A stretch of DNA of 64,000 nucleotides, taken from the NCBI GenBank assembly GCA_039714655.1, contig JBDLIX010000001.1:16878-80877 (forward strand). The letters run 5' to 3'. This document shows positions 49,269-58,104 of this stretch, one piece after another; the stretch's first letter is position 1; each line of letters begins with the position of its first letter. The DNA is from Bacteroidota bacterium (GTDB lineage: Bacteria; Bacteroidota; Bacteroidia; Bacteroidales; GCA-2748055). A model generated the notes under the pieces. It had not been told where the DNA came from, did not search any database, and worked only from the letters and a program-made list of their open reading frames with translations. The position numbers and the translations under genes were made by a program.

Positions 49269-50819
49269 ATGGGAATCTTAAAAAGGGGAAATATGACTGG
49301 TCGTCTTCGCCTGGGCCCCCTTTTCATGATGATCCTATTCCTTTCCCCTCCCCTGCAATGTCAGGATTCAATACCGGAGATCCATGTGACAGTCTCATCA
49401 AAAAGCCGAACCATCAATCAGGTCCTGGATGAGATCACCCTGCAGACAGGATACAATTTTACCTATAACGCGGGACTGATCACCGGGAAACAACGGATTC
49501 AATTCTCAGTAGAAGAATTATTACTGGAAAAAACACTGGACTCACTCCTTCAAAATCCGCAATTAGCATACCGGGAAATCGATCGTAACATTGTCATTTA
49601 TAAAAAGAATGAAACTGCTCCCATCCCAATCAACCCGGAGTTCAATCGTATCATATTTAAAGGAAGAGTACTTGACAGTCGCTCCGGAAAACCACTTCCT
49701 TATGCAACCATTGCACTTTTCGGAACCAGCCAGGGATCCATTTGCAACCAGGAGGGTGCCTTCTCTTTCAAAATCCCTGAAAGAATATCCGATCCACTGT
49801 TGGTTGTCTCATACATGGGATACAAACGATTGTTGCTGCCAGTAAGCTACCCTGTGGAAGAGGAGATCAGCATCCTGCTTGAAAGAGAAATGATTCCCCT
49901 TCAGGAAGTAATTATCAGGTTTGCAGATCCCGAATTACTGTTAATTGAAGCCATGAGTCGGATTCCCAGCAACTATCTGGATGATCATGCCACCATGACT
50001 GCTTTTTACAGGGAATCGGTGAAACGAAATGATCATTGCATGGTCTATTCTGAAGCAGTGCTGGATGTGGCAAAAGGACCTTACTCAAAAAACTCAACCG
50101 GCGACCGGGTACGGATCAGGAAGGGGAGAAAAATAGCTGATGTCTCCACAAAGGATACGGTGCTGATCAAACATCGCTCCGGGATATACACCTCCCTAAG
50201 TCTGGATGTGATCAAGGAACGTCCTGACTTTCTCGCCGATGATTTCCTTGACAGGTATGACCTTGAATTCACGGATCTGATGACTTATGGAGAGCGTTTG
50301 GTTTACGTGATCAGCTTCCGGCAGAAAAGTAATATTTCTGCCCTTCTTTTTAGTGGACAGCTATACCTGGACCAGGAGCATCTGGCCCTCCTGGCAGCTG
50401 ATTTTGAATATAACCCGGAAATGATTCACAAAGAGCCAGGGCTTTTTCTGGTGAGTCGTTCACCCAAAATTCGTATCCGTCCCACACTGGCCAGGTATCA
50501 TGTCGATTACAGGGAAATGGATGGCAAATACCATGTAAGTCAGGTTCGTGCAGAGGTAGAATTTAAGGTGCGTAAACGACGTCAATGGATCGGTGCCAGG
50601 TATCGGATCTCACTTGAAATGGCCATCACCGATGTAATCCCCGGCCAAAGGCTTCGGATCAAAGCTTCGGAAAGGGTAAGTCCGAATAGTGTTCTTTCCG
50701 ATGAATCCTTCCAATTTGACCCTTCATTCTGGGGTATCTATAACACAATTAAGCCGGAAGCCTCTCTAAGGGAGTCCATCCAACGTCTCGAGCAAAACCT
50801 CCAACAGATCAACGATTAA
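49269..50819 (+). CDS. STN (secretin/TonB N-terminal signalling) domain + CarboxypepD_reg-like protein apparently lacking a TonB-dependent barrel
   Basis: 516 aa with a signal peptide. The STN-like stretch is 'VSSKSRTINQVLDEITLQTGYNFTYNAGLI...LEKTLDSLLQNPQLAYREIDRNIVIY'. The remainder is colinear with the 430-aa protein at 46330-47619. Confidence 0.7.
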   Translation: MGILKRGNMTGRLRLGPLFMMILFLSPPLQCQDSIPEIHVTVSSKSRTINQVLDEITLQTGYNFTYNAGLITGKQRIQFSVEELLLEKTLDSLLQNPQLAYREIDRNIVIYKKNETAPIPINPEFNRIIFKGRVLDSRSGKPLPYATIALFGTSQGSICNQEGAFSFKIPERISDPLLVVSYMGYKRLLLPVSYPVEEEISILLEREMIPLQEVIIRFADPELLLIEAMSRIPSNYLDDHATMTAFYRESVKRNDHCMVYSEAVLDVAKGPYSKNSTGDRVRIRKGRKIADVSTKDTVLIKHRSGIYTSLSLDVIKERPDFLADDFLDRYDLEFTDLMTYGERLVYVISFRQKSNISALLFSGQLYLDQEHLALLAADFEYNPEMIHKEPGLFLVSRSPKIRIRPTLARYHVDYREMDGKYHVSQVRAEVEFKVRKRRQWIGARYRISLEMAITDVIPGQRLRIKASERVSPNSVLSDESFQFDPSFWGIYNTIKPEASLRESIQRLEQNLQQIND

Positions 50820-50836
50820 AATTCATATCTTCGTCC

Positions 50837-51250
50837 ATGGAGAAACTGTCGGAAAGCATCATAGAAGAACTGGTCCAACAAAAGCTGGAGGGTGAGAGTT
50901 ACTCCCGGATCAGGTCCGGACTTGCCGAACAGGGATTCACTGATGAGGAGATCAGATCATCCATCAGGAAGATTGATGAAAGGGTCCTGAGGGCCGAGAT
51001 TGAACAAGGAAGTCGTAACAGGGCAAAATCATGGTATCGGATCGGGCTTGCATTGGCTGTTGCAGGATTAATTCTTACCATTGGATCCAATGCTGGCTGG
51101 ATGCTTAAAGGAATCCCGGGATGGGTGATATATAGTCCCTTTTTTGCCGGTATCCTGATCATGTATTATGGCAAACGGTTGCAGATTAAGCAATCCAATC
51201 CCTTTGAAAAAGGAGCGGATAGAATCAGGAAGAAAAGGCCCTATAAATAG
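50837..51250 (+). CDS. Hypothetical membrane protein (soluble N-terminal domain + 2 TM)
   Basis: 137 aa with two hydrophobic segments. I recognised no motif. Confidence 0.45.
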   Translation: MEKLSESIIEELVQQKLEGESYSRIRSGLAEQGFTDEEIRSSIRKIDERVLRAEIEQGSRNRAKSWYRIGLALAVAGLILTIGSNAGWMLKGIPGWVIYSPFFAGILIMYYGKRLQIKQSNPFEKGADRIRKKRPYK

Positions 51251-51258
51251 AATATAAT

Positions 51259-51906
51259 ATGATTGAGGAGTTAGTAAAAAAACGCTTTCCATTTTTTGAA
51301 TCAGGGCTCCGGTTAGCCATTAGTGAGGAGGGAACCTATAAAGTGTTTGAGGAGAACCAGGAACTTATCCGCGAGGACCAGTTTATCAGAGCCTTCCCTA
51401 TTGTGCTCTCAGGGCTCATAAAAGTTTGCCGTACAGATGAAGCTGGCAATGAATTGCTGCTCTATTATATGCGACCGGGTGAGGTATGTACCGTATCCCT
51501 GATCTGCTGCATGGACAGGACAAAGAGCAGGGTGAAAGCCATTGCTGAAGATTCAACCACCGTGGTTTTGATCCCGGTAGAGTTGTTGGACAGTTGGATG
51601 ACACAGTTCCAGACCTGGAAAGAATATGTAATGCATTCCATGCAGATGAGGTTTGATGAATTACTTAATGCGCTGGACAGTATTGCTTTTATGAAGATGG
51701 ATGAGCGACTCGAAAGATTTTTTACTGACCGTTTCCGAACCACCGGCTCCATGATTTTTCAAGGATCACACCAGGATGTTGCTCTGGCTCTGAACAGTTC
51801 CAGAGAGGTCATTTCAAGGCTGTTGAAACAGATGGAGAAAAACGGATTGATCAGCCTCTACCGTGGAAGGATCGATTATTCTCCTTTATGTGACAAAAGT
51901 TACTGA
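51259..51906 (+). CDS. Crp/Fnr family transcriptional regulator
   Basis: 215 aa with a cNMP-binding-like fold and a C-terminal HTH ('SHQDVALALNSSREVISRLLKQM'). Confidence 0.8.
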   Translation: MIEELVKKRFPFFESGLRLAISEEGTYKVFEENQELIREDQFIRAFPIVLSGLIKVCRTDEAGNELLLYYMRPGEVCTVSLICCMDRTKSRVKAIAEDSTTVVLIPVELLDSWMTQFQTWKEYVMHSMQMRFDELLNALDSIAFMKMDERLERFFTDRFRTTGSMIFQGSHQDVALALNSSREVISRLLKQMEKNGLISLYRGRIDYSPLCDKSY

Positions 51907-51962
51907 AATCTTCACTTTACTGATGTACCTTTGCGCATGTAAAAAATTAGAGGTTTCGGACA

Positions 51963-52544
51963 ATGAAAATAACACAAGTAAAATCCTATAGCGAACTGGA
52001 AGCTGGCATCTCCTCATTGGAAAAGTCCTTCCTGCTTCTTTACAAAGGAGGAACAGAGCAAAGCGAATGCGCACTGGACCGGCTCAAGGGCCAGATCAAA
52101 GAGAAAGAGCATCCGGTATTTACAGCTGACGTAAATGAGGTAAGGGATATCCATGGCAAACTTCAAGTGACGAATGCCCCCAGCCTGGTTGTGTTCGACC
52201 AGGGTGCAATGGTCAATGTAATCAAAGGATGCCAGACCGAGTCAGCCTATGAATCGATCCTCGCAGGTAGGGCAATCGGGTCTGTTTCCACAGAGGATTC
52301 AAAAAAAACCAGGCAGGTAACAGTATATACAACCCCTACATGTTCATGGTGTACCACGCTGAAAACCTATCTGAATGAGAACCATGTTTCCTATCGTGAG
52401 GTAAATGTGGCTGCAGATACTGCAGCTTCCGAAGCCATGGTCAGGAAAAGCGGACAGCAGGGAGTGCCCCAAACAGAAATTAACGGTCAGATGATTGTGG
52501 GTTTTGACAAAAACAGAATCAATCAACTGCTGGAAATCAATTGA
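51963..52544 (+). CDS. Two-domain redox protein: uncharacterised N-terminal domain + glutaredoxin-like C-terminal domain
   Basis: 193 aa. The C-terminal ~75 aa read 'VTVYTTPTCSWCTTLKTYL...GVPQTEINGQMIVGF' (glutaredoxin-family CxxC and cis-Pro context). The N-terminal half has no CxxC. Confidence 0.7.
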   Translation: MKITQVKSYSELEAGISSLEKSFLLLYKGGTEQSECALDRLKGQIKEKEHPVFTADVNEVRDIHGKLQVTNAPSLVVFDQGAMVNVIKGCQTESAYESILAGRAIGSVSTEDSKKTRQVTVYTTPTCSWCTTLKTYLNENHVSYREVNVAADTAASEAMVRKSGQQGVPQTEINGQMIVGFDKNRINQLLEIN

Positions 52545-52580
52545 GTTCGACTCGATTAGTAAACCTAAAATCTATTTAAC

Positions 52581-52862
52581 ATGAAAGAGTTACAGCCAAT
52601 CAATCAACACGTGCTTCTGGAGATTGAAGCCACAGAAGGAAAAACAGCTTCGGGAATCATCATTCCTGATACCGTCAAAGAGAAACCTCAGTATGCAAAG
52701 GTGCTGGCAATCAGCGGGATCGAAGATCCTGAGATTTCAGTAGGCGATGTGGTTTTCTACAAGAATTTTTCAGGAACAGAACTGGAATTCGACGGTAACG
52801 AGTATCTGATGATGCCTTACGCGGATATCCTCGGAAGGATTGTTGAAACAGACGAGATCTAG
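52581..52862 (+). CDS. groES: Co-chaperonin GroES (Cpn10), not followed by groEL
   Basis: 93 aa with a mobile-loop region 'EGKTASGIIIPDTVKEKP' and C-terminal 'MPYADILGRI'. Confidence 0.8.
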   Translation: MKELQPINQHVLLEIEATEGKTASGIIIPDTVKEKPQYAKVLAISGIEDPEISVGDVVFYKNFSGTELEFDGNEYLMMPYADILGRIVETDEI

Positions 52863-52921
52863 AATCTTGCCTGACCGGCTGTAGGCAATTTCACCATTAT
52901 CAAAATCTTTAGGTTTCTGCC

Positions 52922-52960
52922 GAAGGGTTGTCACTCGACATGACAACCCTTCATTTTTTT
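52922..52960 (+). terminator. Strong intrinsic terminator after groES
   Basis: Perfect 12-bp stem 'gaagggttgtca/tgacaacccttc' with a 7-nt loop, followed by 'aTTTTTTT'. Confidence 0.85.
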
Positions 52961-53042
52961 GCGCTACTGCATGGCTTAACTCTTTGAAAGCCTGAGGAAT
53001 ACCTGTAATTTCGGCCTCATACAAAAATCAAAAATATTAGCC

Positions 53043-55148
53043 GTGAAGAAACTTATTTTATCCACCGTTGTTGCAATACTCATGCTATCAGGTTTCATTG
53101 AGAAAAACAGACAGAAAATGAATCCTTTCCTGAATGAATACAATACCCCTTTTGGGGTACCCCCCTTTGATATTATTGAAAACAGACACTTTATACCTGC
53201 ATTCGAAGCAGGTATTAGTGAGCAGGAAGCTGAAATTGATGCAATCGTTGGCAATAGCGGTGGACCAACATTTGAAAATACCATCGCAGCTTTCGATGAA
53301 AGTGGAGAGCTTTTGCGCAAGGTCAGAGGAGTCTTCGAGAAACTGAGATCGGCAGAGACCAGTGATGAGATCGATTCTATTGCCCGGATCCTGGTTCCCA
53401 TTACTTCTGCTCACCAAAGTAACATGATGTTAAATACTGCGCTGTTCGAAAAAGTGAAAACAGTATACGAGAATCAGGAGTACATGGACCTTAATTCCGA
53501 ACAAATCAGGGTCCTTGAAAAAATCTTCACCCGTTTTGTCAAAGGTGGTGCCAACCTTGATGATCAGGACAAATCGAGGATCAGGGAGGTTGATGAGAAG
53601 CTCTCCATGCTCTCCATGCAGTTTGGAAACAACTTGCTGGCCGAAACCAATTCCTACCAGCTTATCATTGTGGACGAAGCGGACCTGGCAGGATTACCAA
53701 AATCAGTTCGTTCAGCAGCTTCAGAAGCTGCCAACAGAGCCGGTCATCCTGGCAAATGGCTTTTCACCCTGCACAAACCCAGTTGGATCCCCTTTCTTCA
53801 GTATGCTGAGAATCGTACGCTTCGGGAAAAGATCTATAGAGCCATGTTCATGAGGAGCAACAACGGGAATGAGTTTGATAACCGCGAAATCATCAGGGAA
53901 ATCCTTGCCCTGCGTATTGAAAGGGCCAATCTGCTTGGATATGAAACCCATGCCGATTATAAGCTCACCGACAGGATGGCACAGAAATCCCAAAATGTAT
54001 ATGACCTGTTGAAACAGATCTGGGAGCCTGCACTAAATAAGGCCACAGAAGAGGCTGCAATGATGCAGGAGATGATTAACAGAGAGGGAGGAGATTTTAA
54101 ATTGGAATCGTGGGACTGGTGGTACTATGCAGAGAAGATCCGGAAAGAGAAATATGACCTGGATGAAGAGGAAGTGAGGGCCTATTTCAGCCTCGAAACT
54201 GTCAAAGATGGCCTCTTTCATATGGTGAACAACCTTTACGGACTCACCTTCGAACCCCTTAAGGATTTGCCGGTCTACAACGAGGAAGTGATGGCTTACG
54301 AGGTAAAAGAGAAAGACGGATCCCATGTGGGTATCCTCTATATGGACTTTCACCCCAGACCCGGGAAACGAGGTGGTGCCTGGAGCACCAGCATTCGTCA
54401 GGCTCATACCAAGAATGGGGGCCGTATCGCACCGGTTCACCTAATCGTGATGAACTTTACCCGGCCCACCGGGGGTAAACCTGCACTGCTCAGCTTCGAT
54501 GAAACCCTCACCTTCTTCCATGAGTTTGGTCACGCGCTTCACTCCATGCTTTCAAAATGTGATTACCTGACCACCTCAGGCACTTCAGTAGCTACAGATT
54601 TTGTTGAACTTCCTTCACAGATCATGGAGAACTGGGCAGCACATCCCGATGTGCTGGCCACCTATGCAAAACACTATGAAACCGGAGAGATGATTCCCCA
54701 TGAAATGATCAACAAACTGGAAGCTGCCAGCAAGTTCAATCAGGGATTTGTTACCGTGGAGTACGTGGCTGCATCCATTCTGGATATGGATTATCATACC
54801 CTCACAGATGCAACAGGGCTTGATGTGAACCAATTTGAATCTTCCTCCATGAAGAAGATCGGGCTTATTGACGAGATCATTCCACGTTACCGCTCTGCCT
54901 ACTTTCAGCACATCTTCTCCGGGGGATATTCATCAGGGTATTACAGTTACATCTGGGCTGAGGTACTTGACAAAGATGCATTTAATGCATTCCTGGAAAC
55001 CAGCCTCTATGATCAAAAGAGTGCTACGGCTTTCAGATCAAATATTTTAGAACGAGGGGGTTCTATTGATGAAATGGAGATGTATGTATCATTCAGGGGA
55101 AAAGAGCCTAATATTGAACCTTTGCTAAAAGGAAGGGGACTGCAATAA
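53043..55148 (+). CDS. dcp: M3-family peptidyl-dipeptidase (Dcp-like)
   Basis: 701 aa with a GTG start, a signal/lipoprotein-like N-terminus, and the zinc motif 'FHEFGHALH'. Confidence 0.9.
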   Translation: MKKLILSTVVAILMLSGFIEKNRQKMNPFLNEYNTPFGVPPFDIIENRHFIPAFEAGISEQEAEIDAIVGNSGGPTFENTIAAFDESGELLRKVRGVFEKLRSAETSDEIDSIARILVPITSAHQSNMMLNTALFEKVKTVYENQEYMDLNSEQIRVLEKIFTRFVKGGANLDDQDKSRIREVDEKLSMLSMQFGNNLLAETNSYQLIIVDEADLAGLPKSVRSAASEAANRAGHPGKWLFTLHKPSWIPFLQYAENRTLREKIYRAMFMRSNNGNEFDNREIIREILALRIERANLLGYETHADYKLTDRMAQKSQNVYDLLKQIWEPALNKATEEAAMMQEMINREGGDFKLESWDWWYYAEKIRKEKYDLDEEEVRAYFSLETVKDGLFHMVNNLYGLTFEPLKDLPVYNEEVMAYEVKEKDGSHVGILYMDFHPRPGKRGGAWSTSIRQAHTKNGGRIAPVHLIVMNFTRPTGGKPALLSFDETLTFFHEFGHALHSMLSKCDYLTTSGTSVATDFVELPSQIMENWAAHPDVLATYAKHYETGEMIPHEMINKLEAASKFNQGFVTVEYVAASILDMDYHTLTDATGLDVNQFESSSMKKIGLIDEIIPRYRSAYFQHIFSGGYSSGYYSYIWAEVLDKDAFNAFLETSLYDQKSATAFRSNILERGGSIDEMEMYVSFRGKEPNIEPLLKGRGLQ

Positions 55149-55179
55149 TCCGGAACCTGACATAACAGGAGGTGGTGGA

Positions 55180-56598
55180 TTAAACTCCCCTGCCCTTAAT
55201 AATGGTAATGGCTGTATAGAAGAGAATCTTCAGATCCACGAAAAGTGACATATTCTCGATATAGAGGATGTCGTACCTGAGTCTTTTGATCATTTCCTGG
55301 ACATTCTCAGCATAACCATATTTGACCTGACCCCAGGAAGTGATCCCGGGCTTCACTTTATGAAGGTGGATATAGTGAGGAGCCTCCTCGGTAATCTTAT
55401 TGATAAAGTACTCCCTTTCAGGCCGTGGTCCCACCAGTGCCATATCGCCTTTCAAAACATTAATAAAATTGGGAATCTCATCCAACCGGTGCTTACGCAT
55501 AAATTGTCCGAAGCTTGTCACCCGCGGATCATGTTTTGAAGAGAGCTCAGGTCCGTTCTCCTCAGCATTGTGATACATGGAGCGGAACTTGTAGATTTTA
55601 AATTTCCGGCCAAATCTTCCTACCCGGTCCTGTTTATAAAGTATTGGTCCGGGAGAGGAAATGATAACCCCCATGATCAAAAAAAGGTTCAGTGGCATGA
55701 GGATGATCAGTGAAAATGTAGCCAAAATCATGTCGAGCATTTGTTTTACATTTTGTTGCCAGGCTGGCATCAATCCGTGGGTAACCTCCAGCAAAGGGGT
55801 CCCGAAAATAGTGGTACTCCTCACTTTACCCGTTAAAATGTCGGTCATACTCGGTATGGCACTTACCCTTATATCCAACAATGATAAACGGTTCACAATA
55901 TCTCCAATCTTGCCATGCTCGGAAGGCTCCAGCGCTATGATCACCTCCTCAACCTGAAGGTCGCGAAGAATATGTTCCATATTTTCATGTCCGCCAAGAT
56001 GTGCAATGTGGTCTTGAAGCTGATAATGCACCTTTTGATGAACATTGACAAATCCCAGGATTTCAAGGCCGGTGGATCTCTTCTGTTCCAGAATGTCCAT
56101 GTATACATCTACTGCATTCTCATTACTGCCGATCATCACTGTTTTAAATCTGATCTTGCGGTGATGCACCCGATTAACAGTTCCACTGGTAATGATCATT
56201 CTGGAGATCAGTGTAAAAGTTAAATGGAGCAGGAAGAGTGTAAAGAAAAGGCTGTAATAGTTGGTATAATCAACGATGATATCGTCCAGGATCAATAGGA
56301 AGAAAATAATGATAACTCCCAACAATGAAGTGGTAAAGGTACGAATGAAGTCATCCAGTCTGGATCGTCGAAAAACGTCGTTGTAGAACCCGGTGAAATA
56401 GTAAAACATGATCCATACAAATGGAAGACCAATGGCCCCTGCCCAAAAACGAATTCCAAGTGTGATAGGTACGTCTATGCCAAATACCTGTGGCTCAATC
56501 TGTACCTTACGAAACATGTAAAAGAGAACCCAAGCCGCAGATGCAGCAAGGAAGTCAAAAGCGATGTAGAGAAAACGTTGGTTTCTGTGGTTCTTCAT
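55180..56598 (-). CDS. Polyprenyl-phosphate sugar phosphotransferase (WbaP/exopolysaccharide initiating enzyme family)
   Basis: 472 aa with N-terminal TM helices and a C-terminal bacterial sugar-transferase domain ('LVGPRPE', 'KPGITSWGQV'). Confidence 0.85.
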   Translation of the reverse strand: MKNHRNQRFLYIAFDFLAASAAWVLFYMFRKVQIEPQVFGIDVPITLGIRFWAGAIGLPFVWIMFYYFTGFYNDVFRRSRLDDFIRTFTTSLLGVIIIFFLLILDDIIVDYTNYYSLFFTLFLLHLTFTLISRMIITSGTVNRVHHRKIRFKTVMIGSNENAVDVYMDILEQKRSTGLEILGFVNVHQKVHYQLQDHIAHLGGHENMEHILRDLQVEEVIIALEPSEHGKIGDIVNRLSLLDIRVSAIPSMTDILTGKVRSTTIFGTPLLEVTHGLMPAWQQNVKQMLDMILATFSLIILMPLNLFLIMGVIISSPGPILYKQDRVGRFGRKFKIYKFRSMYHNAEENGPELSSKHDPRVTSFGQFMRKHRLDEIPNFINVLKGDMALVGPRPEREYFINKITEEAPHYIHLHKVKPGITSWGQVKYGYAENVQEMIKRLRYDILYIENMSLFVDLKILFYTAITIIKGRGV

Positions 56599-56666
56599 TC
56601 AATAAGTCGACCTCTACATAATATAACTGCAATTGTATTTAAATAATTGCATAAGCAGTAAAAAAA

Positions 56667-57362
56667 ATGGTCATTTATGTTCAAGAATATAAACTATCTT
56701 TACCCATTCAATCGGAACACTTGGACAGTTATCGACATAAAGGACTAAGAAATAAGCTGATAGACGATATCCGATCCAAAGGAATTAAAGATGAGGAGGT
56801 ATTGGAAGCCATGGGACGGGTACCGAGACACCTCTTTATGGATAGCAGCTTTGTCAATTTCTCCTATACCGATAAAGCCTTCCCAATCTCTGCTGGACAA
56901 ACCATTTCCCAACCCTATACGGTGGCTTACCAAACAGAGCTGCTGGATGTGAGCAGGCACCTGAAGGTTCTTGAAGTGGGAACCGGATCGGGATACCAGA
57001 CCGCCGTCCTGTTGGAATTAGGTGCCAGGGTTTATACCATTGAACGACAACGGCAACTCTTTCTCGATGCTCAGAAAACCTTAGGCCCCCTGAATTATAA
57101 ACCCACATTCTTTTATGGTGATGGTTATGAGGGATTACCTTCGTATGCCCCCTTTGACCGGATTCTTGTCACTGCCGCAGCTCCCGAGATCCCACAAAGT
57201 CTGTTGAATCAACTCAATATTGGTGGAGTGCTGGTGATTCCCGAAGGCGATCGTCACGGGCAGAGAATGATCCGGATGGTACGCGAAACTGAAGACCATT
57301 TCCAACGCAGTGAACACGGTCACTTCTCATTCGTTCCTCTCCTGAGGGGCAAAAACATTTAA
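56667..57362 (+). CDS. pcm: Protein-L-isoaspartate O-methyltransferase
   Basis: 231 aa with 'ISQPYTVA' and the SAM motif 'VLEVGTGSGYQTAVL'. The start is uncertain. Confidence 0.9.
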   Translation: MVIYVQEYKLSLPIQSEHLDSYRHKGLRNKLIDDIRSKGIKDEEVLEAMGRVPRHLFMDSSFVNFSYTDKAFPISAGQTISQPYTVAYQTELLDVSRHLKVLEVGTGSGYQTAVLLELGARVYTIERQRQLFLDAQKTLGPLNYKPTFFYGDGYEGLPSYAPFDRILVTAAAPEIPQSLLNQLNIGGVLVIPEGDRHGQRMIRMVRETEDHFQRSEHGHFSFVPLLRGKNI

Positions 57363-57363
57363 T

Positions 57364-58011
57364 ATGATCCAAATAGATACACTTGTATTCAACTCCTTTC
57401 AGGTCAACACTTATCTGGTATGGGATGAAACGGGGAAATGTCTGGTGGTTGATCCTGCATTTTACTCCCAGGAGGAGCAAGCATTGTTTGAGAATCACAT
57501 ATCTGAAAAGGGCCTCAAGATAACCGGCCAGATTAACACACACTGTCATGTAGACCATATCCTTGGCGTTCAACACGTCCAGAAACACTATGGATGCACT
57601 TTCCGGGCTCATAGGGATGAAGTCAAACTGGTGAACAACGCACCCCTTATGGGTGACGTATTTGGGTTGACCATCGAACCCTTCACAGGGATCGGTCAAA
57701 CCATAGATGATAAAGAGACCATTCACGTCGGAACTCAAATTTTACATTCGATCCATGTTCCGGGACATTCACCCGGCAGTCTGGCTTACTACTCAAAAGA
57801 GGGAGCGTTTGTAATTACCGGCGATGCCCTTTTCCAGGGAAGTATCGGAAGAACCGATCTGCCGGGTGGCGATTATGATCAGCTCATACAATCCATAAGG
57901 AGCAGGCTGCTTGTATTGCCTCCTGAAACAGTTGTTTATGCCGGCCATGGATCACCTTCCACCATCGGGTATGAGATCACCGAAAATCCGTTTCTCACCA
58001 TGTCTCAATAA
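57364..58011 (+). CDS. MBL-fold metallo-hydrolase (glyoxalase II-like)
   Basis: 215 aa with the 'THCHVDH' metal motif. Confidence 0.85.
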   Translation: MIQIDTLVFNSFQVNTYLVWDETGKCLVVDPAFYSQEEQALFENHISEKGLKITGQINTHCHVDHILGVQHVQKHYGCTFRAHRDEVKLVNNAPLMGDVFGLTIEPFTGIGQTIDDKETIHVGTQILHSIHVPGHSPGSLAYYSKEGAFVITGDALFQGSIGRTDLPGGDYDQLIQSIRSRLLVLPPETVVYAGHGSPSTIGYEITENPFLTMSQ

Positions 58012-58104
58012 CATAATTTCTGACATAAGGTTTCACACTCCGTTTACCTATATTTGAGCCTCAAACACAAACTTGTTCCATAACCATTTATTTACAATAC
58101 ATCA

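Noticed and set aside
57214-57738. 174-aa minus-strand ORF
   Set aside because: It is antisense to pcm and the MBL hydrolase, both of which have clear motifs. It is a shadow ORF.
58012-58104. Possible glycine riboswitch upstream of gcvP
   Set aside because: The region is only 93 nt, AT-rich, and lacks the conserved GGAGAG...ACCGAAGGGGCAA-type cores and paired aptamer architecture.
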